DNA of 64,000 bases from an uncultured Actinomycetota bacterium (GCA_963743915.1 CAVURN010000002.1:384001-448000); one strand, 5' to 3'. Positions 9,701 through 21,516 are shown, counted from the stretch's first letter. Numbers and translations are program-made. Notes: generated from the sequence alone by a model not told the origin.

Positions 9701-10583
9701 CGCGTCCCTCTCCGTGGTCGGTCGTCGCTCCATCCTCTCCCCTGTCGGGATCTGCCGCGCGGTCACCCAGCAGCTCCGCCGGGGCCTCGCGACCGGGGCG
9801 CTTCCTGGCCGACAGCATCAGGTAGACCACCGCGCCGACGAAGACGAGCAGCGACACCCACACGTTGACGCGCAGACCGGCAACCTCGTTGGCGGGGTCG
9901 ATACGGATCAGCTCGATCGGGAACCGCACCACCGTGTAGAGGGCCACGTAGAGGGCGAAGACCCGTCCGTGACCCAGCCGCCACCGCCGGTCCACCAGCA
10001 CGAGCACCCCAGCGACGGCGAGCATCCAGAGCGACTCGTACAGGAAGGTGGGGTGGAACGTGCTGACGTCGAGGTACTGGGCGGGACGGTGGTCCAGGTC
10101 GATCTCGACCGCCCAGGGAAGCGTGCTGGGCGTCCCGAACAGCTCCTGGTTGAACCAGTTGCCCCACCGGCCCACCGCCTGCGCCACTGCGAGTCCCGGG
10201 GCCAGGGCATCCCCGAACGGGGGCAGCGGGATCCCCCGCCGCCGCAGCGCGATCCAAGCCCCCACTCCCCCGAGCGCGACCGCCCCCCAGATCCCGAGCC
10301 CACCCTTCCAGATCATCAGCGCCTCGAGGGGGTCGCCGCCGTCGCCGAAGTACGCCTGGGGCGAGGTGAGGACGTGGTAGAGACGCCCCCCGACGATGCC
10401 GAACGGCACCGCCCACACCGCGGTGTCCGCGACCACCCCCGCCTCCCCGCCACGGGCGCGCCACCGGCGCTCGCCGATCCAGATCGCCAGCGCGATTCCC
10501 ACGATGATGGACAGGGCGTAGCCCCGCACCGGGAAGAACCCCAGGTACCAGACGCCCTCGCTGGGGCTCGGGATGGACAGCAT
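9681..10583 (-). CDS. lgt: Prolipoprotein diacylglyceryl transferase
   Basis: GGRLYHV, GGLGIWG, GRWGNWFNQELFG, FHPTFLYE. Confidence 0.96.
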   Translation of the reverse strand: MLSIPSPSEGVWYLGFFPVRGYALSIIVGIALAIWIGERRWRARGGEAGVVADTAVWAVPFGIVGGRLYHVLTSPQAYFGDGGDPLEALMIWKGGLGIWGAVALGGVGAWIALRRRGIPLPPFGDALAPGLAVAQAVGRWGNWFNQELFGTPSTLPWAVEIDLDHRPAQYLDVSTFHPTFLYESLWMLAVAGVLVLVDRRWRLGHGRVFALYVALYTVVRFPIELIRIDPANEVAGLRVNVWVSLLVFVGAVVYLMLSARKRPGREAPAELLGDRAADPDRGEDGATTDHGEGRGERRGT

Positions 10584-10597
10584 GGAGCGGACGCCGC

Positions 10598-11437
10598 CTA
10601 CTGGGCGGCGATCGCCTCGTCGAGGGTCTTCTCGAACGCGGCAAGGTCGTCGACCTTCTTGCCGTCGATGAGCACGGTCGGCGTCGACGTGATGCCCGCG
10701 TCGAGCTGGCTGCTGGCCACCTGCGCGACCCAGTCGCTGTACGGCTGGTCGCGCACACACGACTCCCAGGTGTCGCCCTCGAGGCCCACCTCGTTGCCCA
10801 TCGCGATCAGCGCGTCCGCATCCCACGCCTCCTGCCCCGGGTTCTCCTCCGGCTGGTTCGCGTAGACCGTCAGGTGGAAGTCGAGGGCTTCGGTCTGGCC
10901 GACGTCGGCCGCGCAGCCGAAGGCGTTGGCGGCCAGCTTCGACGACGAGTTCCCCAGGTTCTGGTCCAGGAAGGAGAGCGGGTGGATCGTCATCGTCACG
11001 TCACCGCTGTCGACCTTGTCACGCAGCGTCTGGCCGAACTGCGCCTCGAACGCCTTGCACGACGGGCACTGGAAGTCCTCCCACAGGTCCACCTCGACCG
11101 GACCGTCGCCCGCGACGACGCCGCCCCCCTGCTCCTCGACGAGCGCCGGCAGGTCGGCCGTGGTCGGCGCGTCGTTCTGGTTGGACGCCCACCACGCGTA
11201 CCCGACGATGCCGACGACCACCACGACGACCACCACCGCGATGAGCACGTTCGAGGTCTGCCGTTTCCGGCGGTCCGCCTGGGCCTGACGCTGCCGCTCG
11301 CTGGCCAGTCGGTCCCGCGCGGCCCGCTTGCCTCCGCCGCGCCTGCTGGCTGCCCTTCTTGCCGCCGCCCTCACCTCGCCCACGCTTGCCGCCGTCGACG
11401 GGTCTCGGCCCTCGCGGGTGCGCTTGTCCTCGGTCAC
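10598..11437 (-). CDS. Membrane-anchored DsbA-family oxidoreductase
   Basis: TM anchor, WEDFQCPSC (CxxC), GITSTPT. Confidence 0.9.
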   Translation of the reverse strand: MTEDKRTREGRDPSTAASVGEVRAAARRAASRRGGGKRAARDRLASERQRQAQADRRKRQTSNVLIAVVVVVVVVGIVGYAWWASNQNDAPTTADLPALVEEQGGGVVAGDGPVEVDLWEDFQCPSCKAFEAQFGQTLRDKVDSGDVTMTIHPLSFLDQNLGNSSSKLAANAFGCAADVGQTEALDFHLTVYANQPEENPGQEAWDADALIAMGNEVGLEGDTWESCVRDQPYSDWVAQVASSQLDAGITSTPTVLIDGKKVDDLAAFEKTLDEAIAAQ

Positions 11438-12000
11438 CGGTGCGGCTCCTCTGCTGCCTCTGGGTCTGCTGGCTCGTCTGATTCTGCTTCGTCGTCCCAC
11501 TCGTCGTAGAGGCCGAGGTCCCCCGTGCCCGCCGCACCTCTGCGGTCCACGGCCCAGGCGCTGCTCGGGAAGACCACCAGCCACGCCGCCATCAGCGTGA
11601 ACCCGAGGTCGCGCAGGACCACCGGCAGGTAGCTCGCCTCGCCCTCGGGGACGGCGCCCCCGCCACCGAAACAGCCGCAGTCGATCGACAGACCACGGGC
11701 CCACGCCGACACCACACCGACGACGAAGGCTGTCATCAACGCGCCGGTGAAGATCGCCATGAGCCGGGTGGCGATGCCGAGGACGAGAGCGATCCCGATC
11801 GCGACCTCGAGCAGCGGCAGCGCGTAGCCGACCAGCTCCCCCGCTCGCGGCGGCAGGATCTGGTACGCCTGGACCGCCTGCGCCGCCTGCACCGGCTCGG
11901 TGATCTTCAGGCCACCGGCCACGATCAGGACGCCACCGAGGCCGACCCTCACCAGCGTGGAGATCCACTCCTGGACCCGGGAACCGGTGAAGCGCCTCAC
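11434..12000 (-). CDS. MauE/DoxX-family membrane protein
   Basis: RGLSIDCGCFGGGG motif, multiple TM helices. Confidence 0.9.
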   Translation of the reverse strand: MRRFTGSRVQEWISTLVRVGLGGVLIVAGGLKITEPVQAAQAVQAYQILPPRAGELVGYALPLLEVAIGIALVLGIATRLMAIFTGALMTAFVVGVVSAWARGLSIDCGCFGGGGAVPEGEASYLPVVLRDLGFTLMAAWLVVFPSSAWAVDRRGAAGTGDLGLYDEWDDEAESDEPADPEAAEEPHR

Positions 12001-12835
12001 CTGGCCCCGCCCACCGTCTGGGACGCGGAGCGATCGATCCCGGCACGCAACGCACGGGCCAGCGCGCGGACCCGCTCCACGCCCTCCTCCTCGTCGGGCG
12101 CGTCGAGCAGGGCGCGCACGAACGCCGAGCCCACGATGACCCCGTCCGCGAAGCGGGCCACGTCGGCGGCCTGCTCCCCGGTCGAGACCCCCAGTCCCAC
12201 GCAGACGGGAAGGTCGGTGACCGCCCGGGTGCGGGCCACCAGTGATTCAGCGGCGGGACCGACCTGATCACGCGCGCCGGTGACCCCCATCACCGCGGCG
12301 GCGTAGACGAAGCCGGAGGACGCGGCGGTGGTCAGCGCGATCCGCTCGGCGGTCGAGGACGGAGCGACCAGGAAGATCCGTCGAGAGCTGTGCGGTGCTG
12401 CTGGCCTCGATCCACGCCCCGGCCTCGTCAGGGGTGATGTCGGCGGTGATGACGCCGCAGCCGCCGGCCTCCGCGAGCTCGGCGGCGAACCGGGCGACGC
12501 CGTACCGCTCGATCGGGTTCCAGTAGCTCATCACCATCGTGGGGGCACCGGTCGCCGCGACCTGCGCGACGGTGGCCATCACGTCGGCGGTGGTGACGCC
12601 GCCCGGCCAGTGCACGGTCCACGGCCGCCTGGATCGTCGGACCGTCGAGCAGCGGGTCGGAGTAGGGCAGCCCCACTTCGAGGGCGTCCACGCCGCCCTC
12701 GACCATCGCCGACATCGCCGCGACCGAACCGCTCACCGAGGGGAACCCGGCCGGCAGGTAGCCGATCAGCGCCGCGCGCCCCTCCGCACGGGTGCGCGCG
12801 AAGAGCTGGGACAGCGCGGTGCCATGGGTGCTCAC
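11997..12835 (-). CDS. trpA: Tryptophan synthase alpha (frameshifts near 12380 and 12610)
   Basis: [51 protein letters not shown] spread over three frames. Confidence 0.92.
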
Positions 12836-14075
12836 GCCGGGGACTCCGTGGCGTCGATGCCGAACCAGCGCGCGGCCGTCGCGACGTCCTTGTCGCCGCG
12901 CCCGGAGAGGTTCACGACCAGCACCGCGTCGGGACCGAGCTCGCGACCGACGTGCAGAGCGCCGGCGAGCGCGTGGGCCGACTCGATGGCGGGGATGATG
13001 CCCTCGGTGCGGCAGAGCAGGGCGAAGGCCTCCATCGCCTCGGCGTCGGTGACCGGACGGTAGGTGGCGCGCCCGGTCTGGTGGAGCCAGGCGTGCTCGG
13101 GCCGACCCCCGGGTAGTCGAGCCCGGCCGAGATCGAGTGGCTCTCGACGGTCTGTCCCATGTCGTCCTGCAGCAGGAACGACCGGGCGCCGTGCAGCACC
13201 CCGGGCGCACCTCCGGTGATGGTCGCCGCGTGCCGGCCCGTCGCGACGCCCTCGCCTCCGGCCTCGAACCCGATGAGGGCGACGTCGGTGTCGTCACGGA
13301 AGGCGTGGAAGATGCCGATCGCGTTCGAGCCGCCACCGACGCAGGCGAGCACCGCGTCCGGCAGGCGTCCGACCAGGTCGAGCGTCTGCTGCCGCGCCTC
13401 TTCGCCGATCACCTTGTGGAACTCGCGCACCATCACCGGGAACGGGTGCGGTCCGGCCACGGTGCCCAGGAGGTAGTGCGTGGTGTCGACGTTGGTGACC
13501 CAGTCGCGCATCGCCTCGTTGATCGCGTCCTTGAGGGTGCGTGAGCCGCTCGTGACCGGGACCACCTCGGCACCGAGCAGCTGCATCCGGACGACGTTGA
13601 GCGCCTGGCGTCTGGTGTCCTCCTCCCCCATGTAGACCACGCACTCGAGACCGAGCAGGGCGCAGGCCGTCGCCGTGGCGACTCCGTGCTGGCCGGCTCC
13701 GGTCTCGGCGATCACCCGCGTCTTGCCCATGCGCCGGGTGAGGAGCGCCTGGCCCAGCACATTGTTGATCTTGTGCGACCCGGTGTGGTTGAGGTCCTCT
13801 CGCTTGAGCAGGATGCGGGCCCCGCCCGCGTGCTCGGAGAGCCGGGTCGCGTCGGTCAGCGGGCTCGGTCGTCCGGTGTAGGTGCGCTGCAGGTGGTCCA
13901 GCTCGGCCAGGAACGCGGGATCGACCCAGGCGGCCTCGAAGGCCGCGTTGAGCTCGTCGAGGGCGGCGACGAGCGCCTCGGGGACGAAGCGCCCACCGAA
14001 CTGCCCCCAGTGACCGGTGGCGTCCGGCGCGTGCCCCACCTGGGTCGTCGCGGGATGGTCGAGGTCGGTGGTCAC
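12832..14075 (-). CDS. trpB: Tryptophan synthase beta (frameshift near 13100)
   Basis: [56 protein letters not shown]. Confidence 0.95.
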
Positions 14076-14886
14076 GGTGTCCCTCTCGACGACGTCGGGT
14101 GTGCTCCGGCAGCGACCAGGTCGGCGACCGCGCTGCGCGGGTCGGCGCCGATGACGAGCGCCTCACCGACGAGGACGGCGTGCGCGCCCTTGCTGGGCGT
14201 AGCCGATCACGTCGGCCGGTGATCGGATGCCGGACTCGGCGACGCGCAGCACCTCGGTCGGGATCGAGGGCGCCACCCGCGCGAACGTCGACGGGTCGAC
14301 CTCGAGCGTCGTGAGGTCGCGGGCGTTGACCCCGATGAGGCGCGCTCCCGCGTCGACGGCCCGCGCCACCTCGTCGGTGTCGTGCACCTCGACCAGCGGC
14401 GTGAGACCCAGCGACTCCGCACGTTCCACGAGCGAGACCAGGGCAGGCTGCTCCAGCGCCGCGACGATGAGCAGGACCAGGTCGGCACCGGCCTCGCGCG
14501 CCTCCCACAGCTGGTAGCTGGTGACGATGAAGTCCTTGCGGAGCACGGGGACGTCGACGGCGTCGCGCACCGCCCGGAGGTCAGCGAGGCTTCCGCCGAA
14601 ACGCCGACCCTCGGTCAGCACCGAGATCGCATGCCGCGCCACCATCGGCGTACTGCCGGGCCAGTGCCGCCGGGTCGGCGATGCCGGCCAGCGCACCCTT
14701 GGACGGGGATGCGCGCTTCACCTCGGCGATGACCGCGGTGCCCGGGTGCTCGCGCAGCAGCGCGGCGGCGTCGCGCGGGGCCGGGGCGTCCGCCGCCGCG
14801 GCCTTGACCACGTCGAGCGGACGGACGGCCTCACGGGCGGCGAGGTCCTCGCGCACGCCGGCGACGATCTCGTCCAGAACGCTCAT
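14072..14886 (-). CDS. trpC: Indole-3-glycerol phosphate synthase (frameshifts near 14190 and 14635)
   Basis: [38 protein letters not shown]. Confidence 0.93.
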
Positions 14887-14949
14887 CGACCCAGGGTATC
14901 GGCGGGATGCGGCCAACTGCGGCGGCAGGGTCGGCGGACGCCGGGTCGG

Positions 14950-15291
14950 TCAGGTGCTCGCCAACGCCCCGACGACCAGCAGGAGGAGAAGCGCCAGGAC
15001 CCCGAGCGCCAGCAGCGCGACCGCGACCCAACCGAGGATGATGCCGACCTTGGCCAGCCCCTCGCCCCCGAGCCGGCCACCAGACGCCGCGATCTCGTCG
15101 TTGGCCTGCTTGCCGACGATGATCGCTGCCACCCCGAGCACCTGGCAGGTCACGAGGCCGAGGATGCCCAGCACCAGTGCCGTGACCGCCTTGCCGGAGT
15201 TCGGAGGCGGTGCGCCGTAGGGCTGACCCGGCGGCACCCCCGGCACCCCCGGCGGCGGGGGTGGTGGGGGCGGGGGTGCCTCGTAGCTCAT
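14950..15291 (-). CDS. DUF4190 Pro-rich membrane protein
   Basis: Poly-Pro N-terminus; ALVLGILG..IVG..A..EI..SGG...GEGLAKVGIILG. Confidence 0.85.
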   Translation of the reverse strand: MSYEAPPPPPPPPPGVPGVPPGQPYGAPPPNSGKAVTALVLGILGLVTCQVLGVAAIIVGKQANDEIAASGGRLGGEGLAKVGIILGWVAVALLALGVLALLLLLVVGALAST

Positions 15292-15340
15292 GCCGACAAC
15301 CTCGGTTCGGGGGACGAAGCGGTTCGGGGGACGGTGAGGA

Positions 15341-16063
15341 TCAGGCCATCTCGACGACGGAGCCGCCACTGAGCCGGCGCCAGGCGTAGGCGACCGCGAT
15401 CGCCGTGATCGGGTAGGTGACGAAGAGCCCGATGCCGCACAGCAGCGCGCCGGCGAAGTTGATGAGCAGCGTCAGGATGAACAGCAGCAGCAGCGACCCC
15501 ACGTTGGCGGAGACGAGCTGCCAGGACATCTTCATCGCCTCGATGCCGTCGTCTGTACGTCCGTCGACGATCGCATAGCCGTAGAACGCGAAGAGGAAGG
15601 CGAGGATGAGCCCCGGGATGATGCACAGCAGGAACCCGACCCCGACGGCGAGGCCGACCAGGATCGACGCGATCAGGTACGGAACCAGTCCCTCGGTCTG
15701 GAAGAGCATCCCGACCTCGGGGGTCCGTCCGTCGACGACGGCCAGCGCGGCCCGGATCAGACCCATCGCGAGGATCAGCGACACGACCGTGGTGAAGATG
15801 TTCCAGACCATCACGATCACCCAGCTGTCCAGGATCCACTGCCCGGCCAGCGAGAGACCGAACGAGACCAGGACGACGACGAGCGCGATGAGGATCAGCG
15901 CGCCGGCGTTGCGGGTGAACCCGTTCCAGCCGTAGCTGATGGCGGCACCGGCGTCCAAGGGGGCACCGGAGGGTCCTGGGGGCGGCGGCGATCCGGGGCC
16001 TGGCGGCATGCCGGGCGGCGGCGGGACGTCTCCGGGCGGCGGCGGGGGCGTGTAGTCGGACAT
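15341..16063 (-). CDS. Pro-rich integral membrane protein
   Basis: PPPP N-terminus, AISYGW, LLCIIPG, several TM helices. Confidence 0.8.
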   Translation of the reverse strand: MSDYTPPPPPGDVPPPPGMPPGPGSPPPPGPSGAPLDAGAAISYGWNGFTRNAGALILIALVVVLVSFGLSLAGQWILDSWVIVMVWNIFTTVVSLILAMGLIRAALAVVDGRTPEVGMLFQTEGLVPYLIASILVGLAVGVGFLLCIIPGLILAFLFAFYGYAIVDGRTDDGIEAMKMSWQLVSANVGSLLLLFILTLLINFAGALLCGIGLFVTYPITAIAVAYAWRRLSGGSVVEMA

Positions 16064-16184
16064 GGTTCCTCGATTCGGTCCCTCGGGCGGAGGGGGCACC
16101 CTCCGGGCCGGTCGCGACGACCTACCGAGGGCTCACGCTAGCGAGCCTCGGTGCGAAACGGGGGGATTTGCCGCCGCGTCCGCC

Positions 16185-16619
16185 TCAGGCGGTGGAGGAG
16201 AGCCACGGGAACCAGGGCAGGTTGCGGACGACGCCGAACAGGATCGTGGCCACCAGGACGCTGCCCCACAGCCAGCGCGCGCCCCGCGCGCCGGTCAGCG
16301 AGCGCCCCCGCGCCGCGCTCACCGCGAGGACCGCTCCCACCAGCAGGAAGAGCGGCAGCAGCAGGTTGAAGTCGAGGGCAGCACCGACGTCCCCCTGGAG
16401 CAGGGCGTGCGTGCCCCGCAACCCCCCGCAGAGCGGGCAGTCCAGACCGGTCAGCGCCCGGAGGGGGCAGACGCCGTACGCACCGGGGGTGTTGGGGTCG
16501 CGGGCCAGCAGCAGGCCGGTCGCCGCGGCTCCGCCGGCCACCCAGGCAGCGACCCGCCAGGTGCTGCGACCCGGGCGCAGGCTTCCGGAGCGGGTCGGCG
16601 ACGGCTGCAGCGCGGTCAT
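16185..16619 (-). CDS. DUF2752 membrane protein
   Basis: CPLRALTGLDCPLCGGLRGTHALLQGD; C-terminal VVRNLP. Confidence 0.9.
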   Translation of the reverse strand: MTALQPSPTRSGSLRPGRSTWRVAAWVAGGAAATGLLLARDPNTPGAYGVCPLRALTGLDCPLCGGLRGTHALLQGDVGAALDFNLLLPLFLLVGAVLAVSAARGRSLTGARGARWLWGSVLVATILFGVVRNLPWFPWLSSTA

Positions 16620-16635
16620 GGCCTCGGCGGTGCGC

Positions 16636-16863
16636 TCAGGCCGCCGCCGACTGCGACGGCGGCGTGGGGTGGGCACCCATGCCCATCATCTGCATCACCT
16701 TGCCGGCGACCACTCCGACGACCACGAGGGCGCAGCCGACCCAGAAGAGCCAGGGCTGCGACAGCAGCACGCCGATCCCACCGACGACGAAGGCCACCAT
16801 GACGATGGTGACGGCGGTCCATGCAGCCGGGGTGGATCCGTGGTCGTCGTGCGCGGCGGACAT
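16636..16863 (-). CDS. HGxxPAAW-family small membrane protein
   Basis: DHGSTPAAWTAV; 2 TM helices; SD AAGGAG. Confidence 0.88.
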   Translation of the reverse strand: MSAAHDDHGSTPAAWTAVTIVMVAFVVGGIGVLLSQPWLFWVGCALVVVGVVAGKVMQMMGMGAHPTPPSQSAAA

Positions 16864-16928
16864 CGGTTCTCCTTGTAGGTCGGAAGCTCACCCATTCTGG
16901 CACTGCGTGGGGCAGAAGTCCCGGCAGG

Positions 16929-17366
16929 TCAGCGTTCCGGCGACTCGCTCGTCGGGTCCTCTCCCCGGTCCAACGCCTTCCAGAGGTCACGCGGATCGGA
17001 GACGGTCTCGGCAGCGGGCCCGCCGCGTTCGTAGCGTCTCGAGAGTGGTGGCCACGACGGTCCGCGCCACGCCAGGAGGACGCCCGCCACACCCATCGTC
17101 CCGGCCGCCGTCCAGGCGGCCAGGTCTGCTGCGTCGGCGCTGAGGAGTGGGGCGAGCACCGCAGCGATCCCCACGACGAGACCGAGCGGCAGCCGCCCGC
17201 GTGGTGGGACCGCGAACAGCGCCGGAACCGTCGCGACGGCAAGCACCGTCAGCCCGCTCGCGGCAGCGACATCACTCGCGAGTCCGGCCACCGCGGACAC
17301 CGCCAGCAGCACGAGCACCGGCCCTCGACCTGCGAGTCGTTGCCGACCGGTCGCGACGCCTGTCAT
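16929..17366 (-). CDS. Trp-operon-associated membrane protein (TIGR02234-like)
   Basis: WPPLSRRYER...DLWKALDRGEDPT C-terminus; follows trpE. Confidence 0.8.
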   Translation of the reverse strand: MTGVATGRQRLAGRGPVLVLLAVSAVAGLASDVAAASGLTVLAVATVPALFAVPPRGRLPLGLVVGIAAVLAPLLSADAADLAAWTAAGTMGVAGVLLAWRGPSWPPLSRRYERGGPAAETVSDPRDLWKALDRGEDPTSESPER

Positions 17367-17373
17367 CGGCGGT

Positions 17374-18880
17374 TCACGGGGCCCGCAGCGTGGCAGCGGT
17401 GGCGACGGCTCGCAGGACGGCGGTGGCCTTGTTCACCGACTCGCGGTGCTCCGCCTCGGGGTCGGAGTCGGCCACGATGCCTCCACCGGCCTGGACGTAG
17501 GCCCGACCCGTCGCGGAGCAGCGCGGTGCGGATGGCGATCGCCATGTCCATGTCGCCGGCGAAGTCGAGGTAGCCGACCGTCCCCCCGTACAGGCCACGT
17601 CGACTCGGCTCGAGCTCGTCGATGAGCTCCATCGCCCGCACCTTGGGAGCGCCCGACAGCGTGCCTGCCGGAAAGGTGGCGGCCAGCACGTCGAACGCCG
17701 TGCGGCCCGGGGCGATCTCACCGACCACCGTCGACACGATGTGCATGACGTGCGAGTAGCGCTCGACCGACATGAAGTCGACGACCTCGACCGTGCCCGC
17801 GCTGCAGACGCGTCCGAGGTCGTTGCGGGCCAGGTCGACCAGCATGAGGTGCTCGGCCCGCTCCTTCTCGTCGGCGAGCAGGTCGGAGGCGAGGGCGGCG
17901 TCCTGCTCGGGTGTCTCCCCGCGCCAACGGGTACCTGCGATGGGGTGCGCCAGGGCACGGCCCTCCGCCACCTTGACGAGTGCCTCGGGGCTGGACCCCA
18001 CGATGTCGAACCCCTCGAAGCGCAGCAGGTACATGTAGGGGCTCGGATTCACCGCGCGCAGCACGCGGTACACGTCGAGCGCATCGGCCGGACAGTCGAT
18101 CTCGAACCGCTGGCTGACCACGACCTGGAACGCGTCCCCGTCGCGGATCGCTTCCTTCGCCTGCTCAACCGCGTGCAGGAAGTCCGCGTGCTCGGTGCGC
18201 GAGCTGTACCGAAGCGGCACGTCGGCGTCGACGACGGCGACCGTGGATGCGGCGGGGACGGCCAGGTCGGAGGTCATGCGGTCCAGCCGCGCGACCGCGT
18301 CGGCCCACGCCTCGTCCACGCGCGCGTCGGTGGCGTCGTAGTTGATGGCGTTGGCGATGAGCAGGACGCTGCCGTCGGCGTGGTCGAGCACCGCGAGGTC
18401 GGTGGCGAGCATCAATCCGAGCTCGGGCAGGCGCAGCTCGTCGGCGGCCTTCGACGGCAACCGCTCCCACCGCCGCACGACGTCGTAGCCCAGGTAGCCG
18501 ACAAGACCGCCGGTCAGCGGCGGCAGGTCGGGCTGTCGCGGGGTGTGCAGCGTCTGCAGCACCTCCTGGAGCACGCTCAGTGGGTCGCCGGTGAGGGGGA
18601 CGCCTACCGGCGGCTCCCCACCCGTCCAGTGCGCCTGCCCGTCGCGCTCGGACAGGACGGCGTGGGAGCGAGCACCCACGATGGAGTAGCGCGACCACAC
18701 CCCGCCGTGCTCGGCGGACTCCAGCAGGAACGTGCCAGGACGGTCCAGGGCCAGCTTGCGGTAGAGGCCGACGGGCGTCTCGGCGTCCGCCATGAGGCGA
18801 CGCACGACCGGGATGACCCGGCGGTCCGCGGCGAGCGCCCGGAACTGCTCCAGCGTCGGGCTGACGGCTCCGCTGCTCAC
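17374..18880 (-). CDS. trpE: Anthranilate synthase component I (frameshift near 17505)
   Basis: [42 protein letters not shown]; [12 protein letters not shown] in the shifted frame. Confidence 0.95.
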
Positions 18881-19257
18881 GTGTCCTCCGGTGACGGACC
18901 GGTGACCGACGGGATCACGCCGTCGTCGAAGCAGGTGCGGGTGCCGGTGTGGCAGGCGGGTCCGACCTGGTCCACCTTGACGACCAGGGTGTCGCCGTCG
19001 CAGTCGAGCCGGACCTCCTTCACCCACTGGACGTGGCCGGAGGTGTCGCCCTTGCGCCAGTAGTCCTGGCGGCTGCGGCTGAAGTACGTGACGCGCCCGG
19101 TCGTCAGCGTCCGGCGCAGCGCCTCGTCGTCCATCCACCCGACCATCAGCACCTCACCGGTGTCGAACTGCTGGGCCACCGCAGGAAGCAGGCCACCGGC
19201 GTCGCGCTTGAGCCGGGCGGCGACGGCCGGGTCGAGGCCGTGGGCGGAGCTGGACAT
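18877..19257 (-). CDS. hisI: Phosphoribosyl-AMP cyclohydrolase
   Basis: [32 protein letters not shown]. Confidence 0.96.
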   Translation of the reverse strand: MSSSAHGLDPAVAARLKRDAGGLLPAVAQQFDTGEVLMVGWMDDEALRRTLTTGRVTYFSRSRQDYWRKGDTSGHVQWVKEVRLDCDGDTLVVKVDQVGPACHTGTRTCFDDGVIPSVTGPSPEDT

Positions 19258-19323
19258 GGGTGTCATTCTGCCGGTCGGCACCCCGAAGTCGCGTCGGAGC
19301 CCCGCGCGGGAGAGGCTGCTGGC

Positions 19324-19965
19324 ATGGGAACCGTCACTCTGGCACGACGCGAACGCGCCGCTCTCGCCGACCTGCTCGACGAGGTCGGCCCAGACGCCCC
19401 CACGCTCTGCGCCGGGTGGACGACCCGGGAGCTGGCGGCTCACCTCGTGCTGAGAGAGAGCCATCCCGCTGCGACGGGCATCGCCGTCCCCGCGCTGGCG
19501 CACTGGACCGAGTCGAAGCAGCGCGCTCTGGCGGAACAGCCGTACCCTTCGCTGGTCGCGCGCTTCCGTGGCGGCCCTCCGCTGATCTCGCCGCTGCGGC
19601 TGCCCAAGGCGGACAGCCTCGCCAACACCTTCGAGCACTTCGTCCACCAGGAGGACGTCCGGCGCGCGGCGGCGGAGTGGGAGCCCCGCCCCCTGACCGA
19701 GCGGGACCAAGGAGTCCTGTGGTCGCAGCTGCGCGCGCGCCTGCGCCTGTTCGTCCGAGGGGCACCGGTCGCGGTGCGGGTCGTCGCCCCCGGCTTCGGC
19801 GAGGCCACCGTCGGTGGCGGCGACGGCGCGGACACCGTGACCCTCACCGGGCCACCCGGTGAGCTGGTGCTCTACCTGCACGGACGACGCGAGCAGGCGT
19901 TGGTCGAGGTGTCGGGGGCCGACACCGCGCGCGCCGCGTGGACGGAGCACACGCTGCGCGTGTAG
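19324..19965 (+). CDS. TIGR03085-family (MDMPI-like) metal-binding protein
   Basis: [46 protein letters not shown]. Confidence 0.88.
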   Translation: MGTVTLARRERAALADLLDEVGPDAPTLCAGWTTRELAAHLVLRESHPAATGIAVPALAHWTESKQRALAEQPYPSLVARFRGGPPLISPLRLPKADSLANTFEHFVHQEDVRRAAAEWEPRPLTERDQGVLWSQLRARLRLFVRGAPVAVRVVAPGFGEATVGGGDGADTVTLTGPPGELVLYLHGRREQALVEVSGADTARAAWTEHTLRV

Positions 19966-19983
19966 CTGGGGTCCAGCCGCTCG

Positions 19984-20751
19984 TCAGCGCACGACGTGGC
20001 CGGCGCGACGGAGGCGGTCCTTGACGTCGGCGATGGTGAGCTCGCCGAAGTGGAAGACGCTGGCAGCCAGCACCGCATCGGCACCGACGTCGACGGCCTG
20101 ACAGAAGTGGTCCAGGCTGCCCGCGCCACCGCTGGCCACCAGCGGGAGGTGCGTGCGCGCCCGGACCCGTCCGATCATCTCGAGGTCGAACCCGTCCCGG
20201 GTGCCGTCCGCATCCATCGAGTTCAGCAGGATCTCCCCCGCCCCGAGCAGCTCAGCCCGCTCCACCCACGCCAGCGCGTCGATCCCTGTGCCCTGGCGGC
20301 CACCGTGGGTGGTGACCTCGAACCCGGACGGCGTCTCCGCGCCGCGCGACCTGCGCGCGTCGACACTCAGCACCAGGACCTGACGGCCGAACCGTTCGGC
20401 GATCTCGGAGATCAGCTCGGGACGCGCGATCGCCGCGGTGTTCACGCCGACCTTGTCCGCCCCTTCCCGGAGGAGCCGGTCCACGTCGCTGACCGACCGG
20501 ACCCCTCCCCCGACCGTGAGCGGGATGAACACCTCACCGGCGGTCTGGTGGACGACGTCGTAGGTGGTCGAGCGGTCTGCGCTCGACGCGGTGATGTCCA
20601 GGAAGGTGAGCTCATCTGCCCCCTCGGCGTCGTAGCGGCGCGCGAGCTCCACGGGGTCGCCGGCGTCACGCAGGTTCGTGAAGTTGACGCCCTTGACCAC
20701 CCGTCCCGCGTCGACGTCGAGACAAGGGATCACCCGCACAGCCAACGTCAT
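19984..20751 (-). CDS. hisF: Imidazole glycerol phosphate synthase cyclase subunit
   Basis: [25 protein letters not shown]. Confidence 0.97.
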   Translation of the reverse strand: MTLAVRVIPCLDVDAGRVVKGVNFTNLRDAGDPVELARRYDAEGADELTFLDITASSADRSTTYDVVHQTAGEVFIPLTVGGGVRSVSDVDRLLREGADKVGVNTAAIARPELISEIAERFGRQVLVLSVDARRSRGAETPSGFEVTTHGGRQGTGIDALAWVERAELLGAGEILLNSMDADGTRDGFDLEMIGRVRARTHLPLVASGGAGSLDHFCQAVDVGADAVLAASVFHFGELTIADVKDRLRRAGHVVR

Positions 20752-20760
20752 GGGTCGAGC

Positions 20761-21102
20761 CTAGGTTCCCGCCCAGGTGCGGGCGAGGTCGACCAGAGCC
20801 CGCTCACGCCGCCCCCGCAGATGGCCTGCGGTGCCCCACAGCCGGGCGCGGAACGACTCGTGCAGGACGATCTCGGTCACCCCGGCGCCCGAGTCCTCGA
20901 GTCGCGCGACCCCCTCGTGCTCCCTGACCGGGAGACCGCCGACCAACGCGTAGCGGAGCAGCCGCGGAGGCTCGGCGTGGGTGACGCGGAAGGTCAGGTC
21001 CGCCCCGGGCATGGGAGGCCAGGAGCGGGGGTCGTGGACCACGGTCCAGAGGTCCTCGGCATCCCGGGACGTGCGGAGCCGCACCTCGACCTCGACCCGC
21101 AT
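20761..21102 (-). CDS. SRPBCC-like small protein
   Basis: LWTVVHDPRSWP..HAEPPRLLRYALVGGLPVREHEG pattern; operon position. Confidence 0.6.
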   Translation of the reverse strand: MRVEVEVRLRTSRDAEDLWTVVHDPRSWPPMPGADLTFRVTHAEPPRLLRYALVGGLPVREHEGVARLEDSGAGVTEIVLHESFRARLWGTAGHLRGRRERALVDLARTWAGT

Positions 21103-21114
21103 GTCAGTCGTCCG

Positions 21115-21516
21115 TCACGTGTCGGGGTGCTGGCGTGCGTCGAGCTCCACCTCGACGAGCAGACGCGGATCGATGAGTCCGGCGACGACCACCATGGTGG
21201 CGGCCGGCGGCGCCGCCCCGAAGAGGTCACCGTGCACCGCTCCCACGGCATCGGTGTCGGCGCGGTCGGTGACGTACATGCGGGTGCGCACCACGTGCTC
21301 GGCGCGCATCCCGAGCTCGGTGAGGGCACCGAGCGCGACGGCGAACGCCTGCCGTGCCTGACCGGCGGCGTCCGCAGCGGGTTCGTCTCCCCCGCTCACC
21401 GCCGTGGTTCCCGACACCCACGCCTCGTCACCGATCCGCAGCGCCCGGCGGTACCCGAACCGGGACTCCCACGGTGCTCCGGTCCCGACGGTGCGGCGTC
21501 CGCGTGCGCCGGTCAC
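21115..21516 (-). CDS. RidA/YjgF-family protein
   Basis: [38 protein letters not shown]. Confidence 0.9.
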   Translation of the reverse strand: MTGARGRRTVGTGAPWESRFGYRRALRIGDEAWVSGTTAVSGGDEPAADAAGQARQAFAVALGALTELGMRAEHVVRTRMYVTDRADTDAVGAVHGDLFGAAPPAATMVVVAGLIDPRLLVEVELDARQHPDT

